Part shown: positions 14,019 through 27,830 of the stretch, in pieces | Position numbering within the stretch: position 1 is the first letter of the stretch | How the letters are laid out: every line of letters starts with the position of its first letter | NCBI GenBank assembly: GCA_965637545.1 | Contig: OZ281501.1 | Coordinates: forward strand, 14,508,001-14,572,000 | DNA from: Phallusia mammillata | Taxonomy: Eukaryota | Direction: 5' to 3' | Length of the DNA: 64,000 nt | The notes under the pieces: generated by a model | Databases searched by the model: none | What the model saw: the letters and a program-made list of their open reading frames with translations, nothing else | What the model was told of the DNA's origin: nothing | Translations under genes and position numbers: made by a program

Positions 14019-17000
14019 ATGGATTTACAAAAGTGCTCATTTACATTCTTATTTCTCGTTCTTTCACAGTAAGTAAAAAAGAAAACCTGTTAATGCACGT
14101 TATTGCATGATGACAATTTGCAGCACTTATTTTGGTGTAAAGTTAACTTGTAGATTTTTCACAAGATTAAAGACCTTTTTTCGGTGCTACTGGTCAATAA
14201 TGTTGTTTAAACAAAACGCATTGAACAAACCCCCTTAAAACCAAACTTTTGCTGCTGTAAGAAATATGTAACAGGTATTATCACACGCAGAATCAGAGCT
14301 AGAAGACAAAATATGTCATATTTTATGAGAAAATACCCGAAACAAGTCAAAACTCGAACCAGCAACGTAACGAATTTTTTATAACCGCACAACCTCTTTG
14401 ACCACAGCAACAAATTCATACAGGATCACATGCACAAATTTCCATATTACAAGCCTTCTATAACAAAATGAAATCAGGGTTTATCTGTTTAATCTTAACT
14501 TAAAAATTTAGGCCAAAACATGTTCCCAAAACGGAGAAGTGATTCATGTTCGCGTAATCTCATATGGTAAACTCCAGAAGTTCGGCACTCGAGACAAATA
14601 CATAAGGCATTATTCATAATACAAATGTATACAGTATCTGTTTGCCAAAGATTAAGGCAAAGTAACAATCTCCTTGCTGTAGCTTGCGGGTTAACTGTGT
14701 GATCTTCAAATAGGAACAAACAATCGCTTTATGGTTCCTAGCAACTTTTAACTTAGCGGCAAGATCTTCCTTTGAGGCTTACAGTAATGTAATCCACACA
14801 TACGCGTCGGTTTAAACAAGATTAAAGCGAATTTTCTTCGAGAAACGCCGAAAAGCTGACTTGATTTCGACAAGCGATGGATTTATAAGCTCTTTTTTCA
14901 CTCAACGGGTGGTCTGTCGGTAATCTTTCATTTGGACCCAAAACAAAACCGAATTACAAATTTAACCAACTGGACAAGCTGGTAGTGAACACAACAATTC
15001 GACAATATATCCAAAAATATAGTAAGCTTTTGAAACACTATACACAGATCTGTTCACAAGTTTAATGAGGAAAATAACGGCCCAAAAAGACTTAAAAAGC
15101 GCAGATGATGGCATTAGCATTTGTCGAAACGTTTGATTAATGAAGCATGTCGCTTTTAAGTCTATTTGGACCGTTATTATCCTTATTGATATATTCAGCC
15201 TTTCGTTACAAAACATGACATGCGAATAGTCTACTGATAATATCCACTTTTTACAGGACCCTCGCGTATAAAGATTATTACCATTTGGGTGGCGGGCACC
15301 ACGAACCTCGCAGGGAATCTCGACTTACTACTCGTATCGTATGTGGGAATGTACCCGGTTTAACGCCAAAACAAGTAGCTCTCTGCAATGAAGACCCACA
15401 TGCCGTTGCATCGGCCATACAGGTAAGCTATACTCGTTTGTATTTGCCAAGAGGTTTGGTGACTTTTGCTGATGTTTGCGCAAAAAATCGTTCGGACAGG
15501 AAAGAGTAATGTATGAATAGAATTTGAGAACATTTTTTTTCTGTCGCTTGGTCCAAAATTTTCTGCTTTGAGCAAGGATAAAAACTAAAAGCTACGATTT
15601 ACAAAAGTGGCGAAAATAATAACTCCGGAAGCGCGAAATATGCGTAGTTTATTTGTTGATACGCCGTAATATCCCTTTTCCATCGTTCTACTCCACCCAT
15701 CATTGCACTCTAATGGGATGTTATGATTTTTAACGACGCAACGTGAATTAAATCACAGTGAAAGGTTTAAAAATGGGAAACTGATTTGAGTGTTATGGTG
15801 TCGTCCCTTGGGCGGGCAGTGAAATGTTATTTTCTGCACTGTGGGTTGTTGAATTTCCTGTTCCAGGCATTTTAAATGTCATCTTCCACGGAGGATGTAA
15901 AACATGGCATAATATATAGCTTTGAAAAAAATTGTAGTACCCAGTATGTACTGTATTTGTGGAAAAACTGGATCACATGTTTGAATGAAGTTTGCATACA
16001 ACTGCAGCACAAACGTTTGACATAATATCATTACCGTTAAAATTAAAGTAAAATTTCAAACTTGCCCGATTTAATAGGTCACAGCGTTTGATATCTGCTG
16101 TTTGATGTGGTATTTTAACAATTTTAAAGCAAAATTAAAAACCTTATTTATTTGGTTGAATTTTGCAGGGTCTTCATGTTGGAGTACACGAATGCAAGCG
16201 ACAATTTAAAAATCATCGTTGGAATTGTAGTTCACTGGAAACGAAAAACAAGATGCCTTTTAATAGCGCGTTTCTTAAAAAAGGTAACAAATCACGTTCA
16301 TAGTGCAAAAAAACGAAGAGATTTTTAAATACATTGTTTTTCACGCAATCACTATTTTATTTATAAAAAGCCTTTTAAATTCTTTTAAAACTTTTGAGGC
16401 ACACGAACTAAAAAGTAGCAAAGCTTAGAATAAAATTAAAGTAACATACAAGTCAGTCATTTTGCAACTAGAAACAATTTGACAAAAACTTTTGCCATCT
16501 TTATTAAAATAAACATTTTTTTTGAAATTTTTGGTGAATGGTTTGAGGGGTATGGCAACACTTTTGAGTTTTTCATTAAGTAACCTTCAAGGCAAAAGTT
16601 TCGAAAAGTTCAATAACAGTATTATATCGATTTCAGCCTCCGGTTTCAAGGAGTCGTCATTCGCTTACGCAATCACGGCTGCTGGTGTCGCCCACCAGGT
16701 CGCGCACGCGTGCAGCTTGGGCAAAATCAACGAGTGTCATTGCCCACTGTCAGCAGGACGGCGGAAAAAGATAAAGGTAATTTTCAAATTTTAGCTATTA
16801 ACGCACTTACACAAAAAACCAAACTCAAGACGCCAATTAGTTGCTAACTTCAATCAGTTTTGTGCAGAATATGCAAATTTCAACTTTACATATTTTGTGA
16901 TTTCATTTACATTATCCTAAAACGCAAATGACAACATGTGAAAACAAATTGCGCATATCCAGAAAATTGCTTTAAAACTCAACTACATAGCACAATCGAC

Positions 17001-20000
17001 AGACATTTACATCTTTGCTTTACATTTAGGCCATAAATAAACAACATTTTTCGCTCACAGGACAGTTTCAGTGCTGGAGACAACGTGAATCGCTTCAAAT
17101 ACTTTGGCTGTAGCCATAACATTAACTTCGCCATCAATTATTCGATTAAGTTTCTTGATCCGGAATCCACCAAGGACCACACTTCGATGGTCAGACAACA
17201 TAACAACAGAGTCGGCCGACTTGTAAGTACAACTGTTTTATTTCCAACTTAAAAACTAACATGCAATTTAAGTATAGTTGTTTGATATAAACACTGAACA
17301 TTTTTCAATTCGTTGGCAGTTTATAAGTGTCCAAAGGTTTGCCAAAGAAAATAGAGCATATCATTAGGCAATACTAAACAAACGCATTAACCAAGTGTTG
17401 AAAATCTGATGTAAACTTTAAAAGTAAATTATTAAAACATATAAATTAGTGGAAGTTGCACTGACAACAAAACAGAGATTAAACTTTTGAAATAAATTGT
17501 ATTTTCTGAATACTATCTGGCAGCAATTTCTTCATATTAGTGAAAAGAATGACTAAAAAATGTAGAACCACAGAAAATATCGGTGTGTGCGGTTTGTAGT
17601 GTTAAATCGGTGATTGTAAATCCTACATAATTTTGTTCAGATTGTGGGCCAAAACATGAAACGATCTTGTCGTTGTCATGGGATTTCAGGATCATGTAAC
17701 CAGGAGACTTGTTGGTATCAGACACCCAACTTTCGTGAAGTTGGAGAAATGATCAAGCGAAAATACGAATCTGCCCAATACCACGGCGAACTACCGTAAG
17801 TTACATCAGTACATCAATGACAATGTGATCAAGAATATGAAAAGCAGATAGAAATACTAAAAAACTGCCCAAAAGTTTGTGTACAATGAATACATTCCAA
17901 TACAATAAATCATTGCATTGATGATAACAATAGCGATTGTTGAAATATCTGTAATAGAATGTATTCATTGTTCAAACACAAGTTCACTGGCAGTTTTGGA
18001 TTTAGAAACGCAACTGTTACGTTAGAAAACTCTACGTGTTACGGTGGTTTGTAGAATATTTGTTTTCTAATGTCTGAGTCGACAAGAATGCGTTGTGCGC
18101 TCCACGGCAGCACCTGGTTCGCTGATACAGTTTAATCCAGTTCGTGATATCATCAGTCAACAAGGTGGAATTTCGCTATCTCAAGAACAGTTAGGCGCGC
18201 GAGCTTTTGCCTATTTTTACTTAATGGCGTTATAGGTTACTTAACTAAGGGACTTTTTACCGAAAAAGGCACGAAAAAAATTAAGCTTGAGCTTAGTTTA
18301 CCGAAGTTTTAACGTTTACCAAAGGTATATTTTACAAGTAAATAGTTTTCGCAATTCAATTTGTACGTTTTTACCAAAATCACCAACGGTTTTACAAACA
18401 ATTCGTAACAGCCTTACACAGAAAACACATTTGTACCAACGAATTCGGTACATTCCCAGCCTAGCCTTGTACAGCTCAGCAGATTCTATTAGTAGATCGC
18501 AATTTATGGCCTCATTATACAACGGAGGCCGCCGCAATTAAAATGACAAACACGGTACACGCGAAATATGTTGATCTCTGTTTGTACAGCGGTCACAAAA
18601 GCATGGCGCAACACAACTGGTTTTTAGGCAACTTGTTTGTTGATAACTTCTGGGAACGTGGAAAGCCACAAAAACCTATTTCGTGTCATCTTTATCTGGC
18701 GACGCCAACGGGTATAGACAAGAGATATGGCTTCGTTATCTTTGCCTGGGTATGGCACCATCGGTGTACGACCACTGCCAAAAAACACCAGAACACGAAG
18801 ATTGCGCAACGGGGTCATGGGTTAAAGATGGGGTTCTACAGATAAGCGTTACCTCGAATTTCGAAGTAGACATTATGCAGTACAGCGTACTATACACGAA
18901 AACGTGCGCCCAAGCATTTTGTTCATATTCGTCATAGTATAAATGGTTTAAACTTGGGTTCATCCATTTGTCTACCATGGAAACAAATATTACCTAAGTT
19001 TAATCACGAGTTACCACACTTACACCATTTTTGTTAATTGATAAACGCCTAATACACCACATACAACAGTACATAATGCCGTTTCTGCTAAATTAGGGCG
19101 CAGCTTCCTTGAAAAACGCCAGTTACAGCGTTCCTGTGGCGTTCCACAGTTTAAGTTCAAAATTCCAGGTGTATATATAAAGCATAATCATGATAAACCA
19201 CGTTTAACCCAGAAACTTAACAAATCTATGTAACTAATCCGTACCGCAATGGTCTATTAAGGCAAGCATGTCACTTTGGCGTTTGTTTTTACTTTTGTTA
19301 AAATGTGCGTTATTGCGTCAAAGCCGGGTCGTGAATGTTACACGCGTATTAAGCGCCTTTTTGTCTTCTGCCTTCTGCCTTCGGGCTTCGATTGTTTAAA
19401 GCCTAACAAGCCGTAAGTATTTCAGTTTTATACCGTCTCGATACGAAAGACCTTTTATTTGGTCGCCAAATGCCTACAAAGTGGCGTGTAAACACGACAG
19501 GGTCCCACCCAATATCTTACATACGCACAGGTGCAAATTTCAGGGTCTCGCAGTTTTTTTGACCGCAGACCTCTGGGCGATAACGCGCTGCAAGAAAAGT
19601 TAAGATGTGTTTATGTGGCGCAAAAACACACCACAAACCGTGCTCGGAACGCGAAGCCCTGTCACGCAAGTAAAAACACCGCGCAAAATGAGTAATTTTT
19701 GCCTGACTTTGGACCACAAATGCCCGCAAAAGCTCTCACACGTTGTCCGATGCCATAGATTGACCCGAACCGACCGCGAAATATTTTTAACTCTTCGTTG
19801 AATATTTGTCACCTCGTGGCATCGATATCTCTGACCGGATCGCCCCTGTGATTAATCTCTCATTGGCGGCTTTGGCTGTTTGCGAGATCCCGAAGCAGTA
19901 GATAAATTTTAACCCCCTGCGCTCTTTCTCATTAACTTCAGTTTTTTAACCTTGAGATATTTTGACCGATATGACGCTGGTTCGATGTATTGGGTTGATC

Positions 20001-21822
20001 TGATATCGCTAGATATGTCGTAGCTGCGGTGCTGGGGTGATTTTATGTTGATAGCATGGCGATTTTTTTCCTGTGATGATTTAAAAGCGGTTTGTGCTTC
20101 CTGTAAGGCTGACGAACACAGAAGGTTTCCACAAGAATGTCTCCAATATGCGATCAAGGAGAATAGACAATCCGTGTAAATTGCAATTGTCACACAAAAA
20201 TGCCAGAAAATAAAGCAAACTCCAACTTTTCGTAACAAAAACGGCTTGCAGCATTTTAAGTTTAAGCTATTTCGTACGGCAAAAGCGAATAATTTCGATA
20301 AAACCTACGTTTAGGGCGAATACATTTAGGAAAACATGCTTCAAAAGCGGCCAAGTCACAGCAATTAATCACAACGCACCCAAATATTTAATTAAGCGCT
20401 CACGGTTCAGCAAAAAATGACTGAGAGGTCATGCGTTGGTGATAAACGATAGCAGTGAAGTTGACATCGGTTTTGCAACGGAAGAGGCTTGTCAGAACGG
20501 AGTGAATCATGAAATGCATTCACAACAGTGTAGCGATTTTACATGGGAGATTTATATCGGAAACCGATCAACGAGGATCTTAGCAGCTGCGACGTGGTGT
20601 GCTGTATTTATTGACAGTAGTCTTGTTTGTGCAGACGATGTCGGTAATAATTCGTTACTCTTGCTTGTTTTTATGCACGACCTTGCCTTGGACGAAATGG
20701 TTTACTAAACTAACTTATGCTGGCAAATGCATTTTTTTGTAAAACTACGAAAACCAATATACGACCTGCTAAAAAAATCTAAAAAAACATTCAACTAAGT
20801 TTTTGAATTACTTTACAAAATGATTTGCTAATTTCTTTCAAAATGTTTGCGACAATTAAATGCATAAGCCAATCAGCAAATGGACACAAAACTAAAAAGA
20901 AGTATAACAAAACTCAAAAAATTAAAAAACATTTAAACGTATAGTAACGCAATCAATTTTACAGCCTTAACAAATGATGCAATTACCAAAATATGCGTTG
21001 TGGGACAAACAACCGCTAATGGGACAAACAACCGCTCAATGTTGGGAAGCCTCTTTGGTTTAGTATTACTTCACTAAGGCATAGTTTGCGCAATTTCTCC
21101 ACATGAGCAGCATGGGTGGCTTATGTTGTGTAAGCTTATGCGGCAACTTAAGTCGTAAATCAAAACTTTGCTCGGGGCCCAACTTATATTTCATGCAATC
21201 AGTCGAAATTTGGAGTAAATAAGGCAAGCGGAAATCGTACGTGTGTGTGGAAAACAAGATTCTTTACAGGTGTTGTAAGACAGATTAAGTCTTGGCCCAC
21301 GTCTTTTTGGAGCTTGCCACACATTTAAGAGTGCAATTTGCAAAGGGACTATAGGCTATATCTAAACCAAAAGTCAAGGGAAGCTGGTATCAATGAACTC
21401 TTTTCTTGACTGTTTCTAGTTGGTTTAGAATTAAATTTATAACGTCATGTGTTGGAATAGGAACTGTGGGATTTTTGAACACAATTAACAACGTGTAATT
21501 TTGCATTTACAGAAGCAACAACAACGTACGACCCAACAACGCAGTCTCAACGGCAAGCAACGATGCACTGCTTTACTACACCACGTCCCCACGATTTTGC
21601 AACCCGAATCACAGGTTAGCTGTGGCAGGAACTAAAGGTCGCACCTGCAGTCGTACAGCGCCACCTAGCGACCCCAGTAGCTGCCATCATATGTGTTGTT
21701 CACGGGGTTACGACACCCACAGGGAGGTACGACACGAAAAATGTCACTGTCGGTTTCATTGGTGCTGCTACGTGGAGTGTCAAAACTGTACCGTATCTGA
21801 AAGAGTCTCCGTGTGCCGCTGA
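14019..21822 (+). CDS. WNT10: Wnt10 ligand (WNT10A/B pro-orthologue), ~365 aa, 7 coding exons
   Basis: Exons 14019-14068, 15257-15422, 16169-16283, 16637-16776, 17061-17222, 17641-17795, 21513-21822, all GT-AG and phase-consistent. Signal peptide [57 protein letters not shown] matches recalled WNT10A ([37 protein letters not shown]). Also [11 protein letters not shown], acylation motif [10 protein letters not shown], and C-terminal [16 protein letters not shown]. Exon 1 is the least certain. Confidence 0.93.
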
Positions 21823-23300
21823 TGGATACGTAAATGGTTCAGAAGAATGGACCTTTATGGGTCTATCGCACTGTGTGGTATTAGGCGACGAGCACCACGT
21901 AGCGGATAAACATTCAAATGTTTTCAACCGTTAACAGTCGCCCAAGCGTTAGTGAAGGACAGCGCTTTGTCATATCAGTATTCCTGCAACGGTTATTGGA
22001 CAAACGGATATCTATGCATCACAACACAGACAAGTCGGGAATTTTGCGATGCTTTTATGCAACATCAACGCAAGGCGCAAGATGAACTTAAGTTGCTGAA
22101 GGACAGCGTATCATTTGATAAGGTGTTATCTTTTTTTATTTTGATTGTTTCGTTGCGTCTTGTTCGAACTACTTGCCAAAAAATGCGTTTTTCGAACAAA
22201 GTACAAGTCCAGTTGCATTTACTATTCATTTTCTTCAAGCATAAACAAGCAAAGGCTAAGGAAGAAGTTTTTTTTCTGCAAAGAAGTATTTTTTCGCACA
22301 CATATCATTATGTCAAAATGTGGTAAAATTGGGTTGGGGTAAATTTACCAAATCTAAAATCAATTTTATTTCGGAACCGTGCAAGTTCAAAACCTGTTTT
22401 TTTAAAAAAAACAAATTTTGATCGTTTTCGTTAGATACGTACGTAGTCATTGCCATACATGAGCAGCAGCTCATAATCATATCAACACAACAAACCCTGC
22501 CACGTTAATAACAACGTGCTCTTTTTTAGACCATTGAGCAACCGTCAACTTTTTTACGCAATTTATTTTCTCGTTTTTTTTTGTAAATGAGATGAAAAAG
22601 TTATATATTTCTTCTCTCCTTATTTTTACTTTTCTAATTCTATCTTCAAGTGCGCTTATACAGTCCTTACACCAACTCGCCAATTCGACACAGTTCAATA
22701 GAACACGTTTCCGTATGTGATAACAACTCTTTTTAATATTTACTTCGAAACGAAACCCGAAACAAATTTTCAGCATGTTCCATTTTGTGTGAAACCGATT
22801 TCAATGCAATTTGTCTCTTTGCGTTCAAGGGTATTTTTTTTAATTCAGTTTCCAACTTTTTTCTATTACATTTTCGCTTTTCTTCTCTTTTTTGCTTTAT
22901 TTATGTACACGTTTTCAATTTTAATAAAATTGCAATAACCCTTCAGTTACTTGCGTAATCACTTCGGGGCATGAAACCCAAAAAGTCAGTTAAGTTTCTT
23001 CAAGGTAAAAACTTAGAAAAAGATCAGCAGAGTGGACAATACGAAAGCAGTTTTTAAGTTTACTGTTTAAATGCAATCAACGTTAGGGCAGGCCAACGTT
23101 GTCAACGAAACGTTTAATGAAGTGTTTAAACTTAAATTATTTCTGTGAACTATATATCCTGAAGTGAACAATCATTTCGCTTTCGCATGCCGCTTTAGAG
23201 GTTCTTATTTCAATTACGGCCACCTGTGTCATCACAGAGCCCAAATATGAAGGTTAACAACCAAACATGTACGCCCAGTTAGTCAGTTACATAAAAATTA

Positions 23301-23400
23301 TAGAGATACAAAGATTTCGGTTTCGGCCGAATAACGAAGATTCGGTTTCGGCCGAATAATGTGGTTGCGATTCGACCAAAACCGAATCTTTAACGTGTCC
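23301..23400. repeat. Degenerate MITE remnant with TTCGGTTTCGGCCGAATA subterminal repeats
   Basis: Two direct copies of ttcggtttcggccgaata plus an inverted ccgaatcttt; termini decayed. Confidence 0.45.
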
Positions 23401-24584
23401 AACTTAAATGCGTAAATCGTCTCTTTATAGCCTAACTATTGTACCACAGAATCTTTAAAACCGTGCAAAAACTAACAGCGCGTCAACTAATATAGTTTTT
23501 AAAGCCAGAAACGTTCAAAACTAAATCATAATGTAACAAAATTATACATTTGTGCATATGTTTTTGTGTAAAAAGCGTACTCTTTCAACAGTTTAACAAA
23601 TAAAATAAATTAGGCAAAGTCCTCAAACAATCTGCAAAAAATGCCTACCTGTTACTTTACTTTCTTGAATCACGGTCCAGATAGACACCTTTACGCCTTT
23701 TCGCATTTTCAGCAGTGGCAATCTTATTTACTACTACAACTAATGACCAGCAACTAACTCGTCTATTAAATACATAGTACATATGTAAACAATGAACTGG
23801 TAATTTGACCCACGAACAAAAATATGTTACAAACAAAGCAAATTAAACCTTTAAACTTGCCTCAAGTAGAATTCAAATTAAAATGCACATCAGACAACAA
23901 GTAAAGGCGAAACAAAACTTCGAAATGTTTGTTAGTTTTAAACCCAACCCGTGCCTGAATTGTGACATTAATAACGCATGAAAACTTGTTTGAATTTAAG
24001 TACAAATCTGCATTCCTTTGCTTCTGATGCTAACTCCACGTTACAGCCGTTGTCAGTTGAACAATCAGTAGTTTTCCTGCAGTGCTTACCAAACGCGTCT
24101 TTCGTAACAATCAACTATTCGGGAATTGTGCGCCCTTTGACACGTCATAATGCCCAAAGCACAGCAGGTAAAAGCAGAAAAGCATCAAGTTGTTTGCGTT
24201 TTTATTAATTTCGGGTTTTACTTGACGATTGAGGTGTTAATACATTGATAAAGGCAACCTGAATAGGACGATGGAACTTCAGTACAAACAATATATTGGG
24301 CAGAAGAGCTCCATTCAGTTTATATTCTAGTAACACCACCTGTTCTGTTGTCTACAACTGTTTTTGCAACTGGGCTTTCTCTGACCTTAAATTACCCTAC
24401 TAATAGTCAAATTCGGATCAAATTTACATCTGACGACAACGAACTAGGTAAACATCATACAAAGGCACCCATTCAATACATGATGTTTATTTAGATACAC
24501 AACATTGGTAGACTGTGATGTAATTTGTAACCAGTTACATGATTTAGAAATACTCTGGCAAAAGTAACTTCCATAGAAATAGAT

Positions 24585-26287
24585 TTATTTCACATCGATT
24601 CGCGAAAATGAGTGATCAACACCGTATTCGTTTTCAACATAGACCTCGTATTTGCCACTGTCTTTCTTCGTAGCATTTTTTATGGTTAGAATTGTAGTGT
24701 CTCCATCAATATCCCAGAATAGGTGGTCATCCTCATCAACGTCTTCGCCATCTTTTGCCCAGCCAACCTGTCGTCATTAAAATTAATTACATGCATATTA
24801 ACACATTTGAATTCCGAATAGTTTCATTTGAATTCCAAATAAAGTTTATTTAGGATTTATTTAAACAGGTTTACGTTAAAATCAACACCTTTGGCCATTT
24901 TGTTGAAGTCCATGCCCAAAATATATTTAACAAAGACTCATAAAAACCGTGTAACTCACATCAGGTTCTGGGTCTCCAACGAGTTTAGCCGTCATTGTGA
25001 TAGTTTTACCGCACTTGCAAACTTGATTCGGTGGCCCTTTCTCGATCTTAGCTGGGGCTTAAAAACAGTTAGATTTAAAAAAAAAATTTAAATTATAGTT
25101 CCTAATGTGAAAGGAATGAGGAAAGCTATTTAGATTTAACAACCCTAAAACATACATTGTTTCTTTTGTTTCTTTACACATGTTATAGATTTATTTGTCT
25201 TCGCAAACGTACGCAATAACATGACTCCTATTTGTGTCTTGCATTAAACAACGAGATATCTTATCAAAATAAGCTGCTTACTGTTAATAGTGACTTTGGC
25301 AGAGTCAAAAGCTTCTCCGAACTGGTTGTACGCTTGACACGTGTAAGTACCGAAGTCATTTGAATTTGTGTTTTTTATGACCAACGCACAAAGATCTGGC
25401 AGTTCAAAGACGATCGTATATTTGGTACCCTCGTCAATTTTTTGACCATCCTTAAACCACCTGCAACAGTTACATGAAAGTTAACCATAAAACACAAAAA
25501 ATCTTGAATTTAGGTAAATATTCAAACAATATTTAAGACTTTTAAAAGGTAGGCCTAATCACAAGATGAAATAACAAAAACGTGTATAGTAGCAACTGGT
25601 TTCAGAAATACATGTGTGAAACATATCATTGATTTGCATACTTTACTGTGGGATCGGGAAACCCAGAAAGACGACCTTCAATTCTTGCTGAGCTGTCCGA
25701 AAGTGAATTTACGTCTTTGAGTTCTTCCACAAATCTGAAGCAACGTGAACCAGAATGTAAGCAGAGCAAGTCCAGGCATTAGTTTAAAGGGAGAGAATTA
25801 AGTCAGATTCGGACATGAGTGCCATGCAGTCTTACACATTTGCTTCGCAATTTCTCTTTCTTTGCACGAATGTTAATAAGTACAGGAAGTGTATGAATAT
25901 ACAGTTGCACACCTAGTTAAACAATATAGGCTTGTCTGGTAAATTGAAATTTGGTATATATTGGATAAACTCACATTTTGAGATGGTTATGGTTTATTTT
26001 ATAACCCTAATGTACAACCTAATCACGCTGGATAATAAACATGCTTTGGCGACCTGAAAGAAACACTATTTATGATTTACAAACCTTCAACTAAGTTGAA
26101 TATAATTTTTTAAGCAGCAAAAAAGAGGTACTATCTTGGTATGCACAATTTACCTTGGTGGTCCATCTTCCTTAAACTTCTTACGCACTTGATGGCCTCG
26201 AAATGATTTTTGGATCATACGAGCCGCCATTTGGACCTTCTCATCTTTAAGGTTGATGCCCGGAGGAGCCACCGGTTTTGACGGCAT
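24585..26287 (-). CDS. SPEGNB: SPEG-neighbor protein orthologue (IQ motif + two Ig-like domains), ~228 aa, 5 coding exons
   Basis: Minus-strand exons 26287-26154, 25734-25642, 25460-25282, 25057-24960, 24767-24585, phase-consistent. IQ-like AARMIQKSFRGHQVRKK; Ig motifs FPDPTVKWFKDG and DFGTYTCQAYNQFG. C-terminal VGWAKDGEDVDEDD...DSGKYEVYVENEYGVDHSFSRIDVK closely matches recalled human SPEGNB (VGWTKDGEDIEEDD...DSGKYEVYVENSLGMDQSFARVDVA). Confidence 0.88.
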
Positions 26288-27501
26288 GGCGCTTCTGCGA
26301 TAAAGCGAAATTTTTTATACATTGCAGCTATTTTTGTTCCACTAAATCGTGCAAAATGTGCAAATGAATCGCTGTTATTTGCTCAGTATAAAATGATATT
26401 ATTAATGGCATACTTCACACAACGTTAAACCTGGACAAAAATTAGGTTTAGGCTATATTGCTGGTGCTGTTATCATTTGTGTATAACTGAGTGGGAAGCA
26501 TTAAAGTTGATTAAAGAAAAACGTTAAGCGATTTACTAGCAAAAAGCGCTGCCCCTAAATTGCGCAAATTACTGAAAAAGCATGTATAAATTATACATTT
26601 ACAACCGGTAAAATCATAAGTTATATCCTTTCCGGAAGAATAAAACATGAGTACGAACGCTCCACTTACCTTTAGGCCTAGACGTCGACACAGGCAAACA
26701 GCAACTGAACGGTTTTCTAACAACTCGCCTTCTAATACAGAACAACTACTGTTATGAATCCTTAAGCTACAGGGTAGCAGGGGTAGCGGGCTCACCCCCA
26801 TGGCCCTCCACATCGCTCAGCTATTTTGCCATCTGACAGCTGACGGTGTTGGCGTCACGGAGGCTTCGAGAAGCAAGATAGCTCAACTGGGATTTTAAAT
26901 CTCTGGAGAGGAGAGATTGCTTTTTCTTCAAGCCTTTTTTGGAATGCCGGCAGCATCTGCGTTTGTGTCAATTGGTTTTAAATGTAGTGGGTTACGATAG
27001 CTGTTGCTGGTTTGTTTTTCATCGTCTTCTTGTAATCGGGAACGTTTAACTGGGTTAAAAGTCATTGGGACTTATGTAATCTTTGCATTTTTTTAAATTT
27101 CCAATTAAACATCATATTTATAAAATATTGCATCAAGTATCCACACAAGAGCTTTAAAATGTTTCGACACTATCTGTTTTGTCTGGATGTCTAGATCAGC
27201 TGCTAACTGATTATGATTTCAACGATTTGCTACTGAAGAAACAAAAAATGTAAAATTGCCGACGTTGTGTTACAAGGTGTAACATTACTGCCTTTGTGAT
27301 GAGTTGTTTGATTGTCTTGTTTTTATTTTAGGCGGGCGGGTAACGCCTTAATTCGTTGTGCTTGCGATGAGTTGGCAGTCGAGCTGGCTGCTGATATGTT
27401 ACATTTACAAGATGCGTTAAATCAGTGGTCGGCAACCGCCGGTCCGCGAGGAGTTCGCTACCGGGTAGTTTTTCAGGTTAAATGCTTGAAAACATTTAAA
27501 G

Positions 27502-27735
27502 CAGTGGTCGGCAACCACCGGTCCGCGGCCCGGTACCGGTCCGCGAGGAGTTCGTTACCGGGCCGTATTATTTTTCAGGTCAAACGCTATAAAACATTTT
27601 GTCCATATGTCCCGGGGATGTTTAACTAATTTAGGCGTCTTCTTTGCTAAATATTTCTAGTTTTTTGAAGACCGGTCCGCGAAAAAATTTCACTTTAAAA
27701 AACGGTCCGCAGTAGAAATAGGTTGCCGACCCCTG
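27502..27735. mobile_element. hAT-type MITE (234 bp) preceded by a partial duplicate of its left end (27423-27501)
   Basis: TIR cagtggtcggcaacc / ggttgccgacccctg (1 mismatch). 8-bp TSD atttaaag / atttaaaa. A second left-end copy starts at 27423. Confidence 0.8.
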
Positions 27736-27749
27736 ATTTAAAACAACAC

Positions 27750-27830
27750 AAATGGCTCGGACAGGATTAGAAGCCACGACCTCGTAAACAGACGGCGGTT
27801 GCGCTAACCACTCGACCATCTTGAAGAGCA
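27750..27830 (-). mobile_element. tRNA-like SINE head or tRNA pseudogene
   Basis: Minus strand gatggtcgagtggttagcgc (A-box-like) ... ggcttctaatcctgtccgagcc (degenerate B-box). The acceptor stem does not pair. Confidence 0.45.

Noticed and set aside
18287-18978. Cluster of overlapping short ORFs in the long Wnt10 intron, possible decayed transposase
   Set aside because: No motif I can assign and no TIR/TSD. A tblastx or Dfam search would be needed.
27750-27830. Functional tRNA gene
   Set aside because: B-box is degenerate and the acceptor stem does not pair; kept only as a SINE/pseudo-tRNA.
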